Positions 57,985 through 60,576 of a stretch of DNA of 60,576 nt are shown in pieces. The notes under the pieces were generated by a model. The model saw nothing but the letters and a program-made list of their open reading frames with translations. It searched no databases and was not told the origin of the DNA. The stretch covers positions 1 through 60,576 of the forward strand of contig JBBSVN010000008.1 in the NCBI GenBank assembly GCA_038046765.1, read 5' to 3'. The position numbers and the translations under genes are program-made. The DNA is from Candidatus Micrarchaeota archaeon. GTDB taxonomy: Archaea; Micrarchaeota; Micrarchaeia; Anstonellales; Bilamarchaeaceae. Within the stretch, counting starts at the first letter, position 1. Each line of letters begins with the position of its first letter.

Positions 57985-60576
57985 ATGAATTATTCTAGAT
58001 TATTTTTCGGATTATTATTTTTGTTTGTAGTCTTAACTATAAATGTCTCTGCATTTGCAGATGGAACCAAATGGTTTGTTAATACAACTTCATGTTCTAG
58101 CTATGGAGCTAATTCTACAAATTCTAACGGAACTCTTGTTGCAGGTATTGCCATGGCAGCAGCAAGAGGATTGCCTGGAGATACTATTATGGTATGTAAT
58201 GAATCTGGATTTTATATTGGTGGAGCTAACATTAATTTTTCAATAAATTTAGTTGGTATTGGTCGACTTGAAACAGTAAATATATCTAGTCATCCTAACG
58301 AAGGAAACTCTGTATTTAACATAACTGCAATAAACGTAAACATAACTAATTTAACAATTAATTCTTCAGCAGTTCCAGGTATTATTGTAGATGGTGCATT
58401 TACAGCTGCAAACGGTGCAAGTATTAACGATTCGAACATAAGTTCAAGAAACGGTATCCTTGTTGCAATAAATTTTACTGAGAACACAACTATTGGAGGA
58501 CTCTTTTTAAATCAAACAACATCCAAAGCGATATTTGCAAATAACAGTAACATTACTAAAGTTTTCAATACCAAGATATTCAACATTTCAGGTTCTGGTA
58601 TCGAGCTTGAAAAATCGAACAACAGTTATTTTGATAATAATACTATTAGTCACGCTACATCTTCAGCAGGTATCAATTTTACTGGTCTTAGCAAAAATAA
58701 TACTGTATCTAACAATACAATATTCAATACTACTACTGGTGTGTTTGTATTTGGACCAGGCACTAACTACACACTTTTCAATAATACCATATACAATAAT
58801 ACAATCGCCATAAATTACTTATACGCAGAAAACCTTACACTTGCAGCAAACAAGCTGTTTAATCAAAGTTCATCTGCCTTTAACGCTAACGGTTTAAACA
58901 ACAGTAATATATCTAACAATATAATTGCCAATCAGACTTACGGTATCTACCTGACCTTTGGAAGTTATAATCTTATAAATAACAACTCGATTTTTAATAC
59001 TAGTAACGACGGAATTACGCTCACTTTCAATGGTGCTCCTGTAGGTTCATCTAACGCCATTACCAATAATACTATATCTAGATTTGGACTAGCTGCTGCA
59101 GGTATTGGTATTTCAAACATACTTAGTACGAATAATATTTCCAATAACGTTGTAAATGAGTCAAGGACAATTAACTCATACGGTATAGCAACATACAGTT
59201 CTTCCAATTCTCTAATTAATAACACAATAATTAACATATCCTATTACGGCATTTATGCATCAGATGATAATGGTGCTGGTTCAAAAATTAGCGAATTTGA
59301 AAACAATACTATATATGATACTGAAGTTGGTTTGTTCGTAGACGGTACTACTGGTGCAAATAATGATAATAATATCACAAACAATACTGTATTCAATAGT
59401 ACATACGGGCTGATTTTCTACGATACTTCAAGAAATAATATCTCAAGAAATACTGTGAGAGATAATCGACATGGTATTTTGATGAATCTAACTACTAGTA
59501 ACATCGGTACCAGTATGCGTATTTTTAATAATACTATAAGCAACAATACATTTACTGGACTTAATCTTACAAATTCCTGGAACATAACTATCTTTAACAA
59601 CATTATTACAAACGGTAACTTTGGTTTCTCAATAGGAGCTAATTCAAACGATAACAACATTACAAATAACAGTGCAACAAACAACAGCCAAGGATTTTTC
59701 TTTTTCAATAACAATAATAACACAGTAGTAAACAATACTGCAGCAAATAATACTATTGCTGGATTTAATTTCACTCTGTTCCTAAACTCAACAATTCAAA
59801 ATAACACAGTAATCAACAACACCAATGGTATGGTCTTTGACACTGCAATAAACAACACAATAAGGGACAATATGATTTTCAATAACAGCTATGGTGTTTA
59901 TGCAACAAACAGTTACAACAATACGTTCAAATACAACAACCTAATTAACCAAACAACCTTTGGTTTCTATCTTCAATCTACATCAAACAATAATACGATT
60001 ATAAACAACAATGCAACTAGCAACTGGAGTCTATCAATAAACAGTGTTGCTGGTTTCTACATTGGTGCTAGTTACAATAATACTCTTTACAATAATACTG
60101 CATCAATGGCACAAGGATTTATCCTTAACAATTCAGCCTTAGTTAATAACTTAACAAATAACACAGCAGTAAACAATACCTTTGCTGGGTTTAACCTAAC
60201 AACATCCAGTTCAAACGTAATTATAAATAACTTTGCTTATGGAAATGGATTCGGTTTATCAGTAGGAGCTAATGCAAATAACAATAACATCACAAATAAC
60301 AGTGCATACAATAACTCGCAAGGCCTGTTCTTCTTTAATAACAACAACAATAGCATAGCAAACAATACTGCAAGCAACAATACCTTCTTGGGTATGAACT
60401 TTACCTCTGTATTTAATTCATCAATAGAAAATAATACTGCCACAAACAACACGAACTATGGTCTTGGCTTTAGTTCCAGCACAAACAATACTATTGCAAG
60501 AACTACCTTGATCAATAACAGTTATGGTATCTACATAACAGGAGGAGAAAACAATACTTTCTCAAACAATAACTTG
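57985..60576 (+). CDS. Large secreted parallel beta-helix (NosD/PbH1-like) surface glycoprotein, 3'-partial
   Basis: Not in the ORF track because it runs off the window end; MNYSRLFFGLLFLFVVLTINVSA signal; NNTI.NN..G repeats; dense N-x-S/T sequons. Confidence 0.85.
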   Translation, partial: MNYSRLFFGLLFLFVVLTINVSAFADGTKWFVNTTSCSSYGANSTNSNGTLVAGIAMAAARGLPGDTIMVCNESGFYIGGANINFSINLVGIGRLETVNISSHPNEGNSVFNITAINVNITNLTINSSAVPGIIVDGAFTAANGASINDSNISSRNGILVAINFTENTTIGGLFLNQTTSKAIFANNSNITKVFNTKIFNISGSGIELEKSNNSYFDNNTISHATSSAGINFTGLSKNNTVSNNTIFNTTTGVFVFGPGTNYTLFNNTIYNNTIAINYLYAENLTLAANKLFNQSSSAFNANGLNNSNISNNIIANQTYGIYLTFGSYNLINNNSIFNTSNDGITLTFNGAPVGSSNAITNNTISRFGLAAAGIGISNILSTNNISNNVVNESRTINSYGIATYSSSNSLINNTIINISYYGIYASDDNGAGSKISEFENNTIYDTEVGLFVDGTTGANNDNNITNNTVFNSTYGLIFYDTSRNNISRNTVRDNRHGILMNLTTSNIGTSMRIFNNTISNNTFTGLNLTNSWNITIFNNIITNGNFGFSIGANSNDNNITNNSATNNSQGFFFFNNNNNTVVNNTAANNTIAGFNFTLFLNSTIQNNTVINNTNGMVFDTAINNTIRDNMIFNNSYGVYATNSYNNTFKYNNLINQTTFGFYLQSTSNNNTIINNNATSNWSLSINSVAGFYIGASYNNTLYNNTASMAQGFILNNSALVNNLTNNTAVNNTFAGFNLTTSSSNVIINNFAYGNGFGLSVGANANNNNITNNSAYNNSQGLFFFNNNNNSIANNTASNNTFLGMNFTSVFNSSIENNTATNNTNYGLGFSSSTNNTIARTTLINNSYGIYITGGENNTFSNNNL

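Noticed and set aside
59400..60576. AAC-rich DNA as a DGR template repeat
   Set aside because: Explained by Asn-rich beta-helix coding; no similarity to the 51335-51425 segment, and the two internal copies differ at all base types.

Overview
AT-rich archaeal chromosome segment, most consistent with a DPANN (Micrarchaeota-like) genome; this taxonomy is inferred, not tested. Housekeeping genes include rps8e, cgi121, carS, archaeal dnaG, a beta-CASP RNase, purB, purM, glmU, an MtaB-type methylthiotransferase, an hsp20-grpE-dnaK-dnaJ operon and a tRNA-Leu(CAG) with two introns. Among these sit many Cys-rich, Ig-like and beta-helix surface proteins, five class III signal peptide (pilin-like) genes, several toxin-antitoxin modules and orphan genes. 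Main discoveries: (1) a family of about 58-62 bp double-hairpin elements with covarying stems, which insert without target-site duplication, nest inside one another (57389-57799) and have a relative read in frame inside mtaB; (2) a second family of heptamer-period (TGAGCNN) inverted repeats, one copy translated in a prepilin leader; (3) a Ser/Thr kinase whose C-terminal segment looks like a DGR variable region and carries an in-frame TGA; (4) an FHA-caspase fusion, an RlmN-like radical SAM protein lacking both catalytic cysteines, and a possible beta-barrel protein. No rRNA, CRISPR array, transposase or reverse transcriptase was seen. All product calls come from motifs read by eye; no searches were run.
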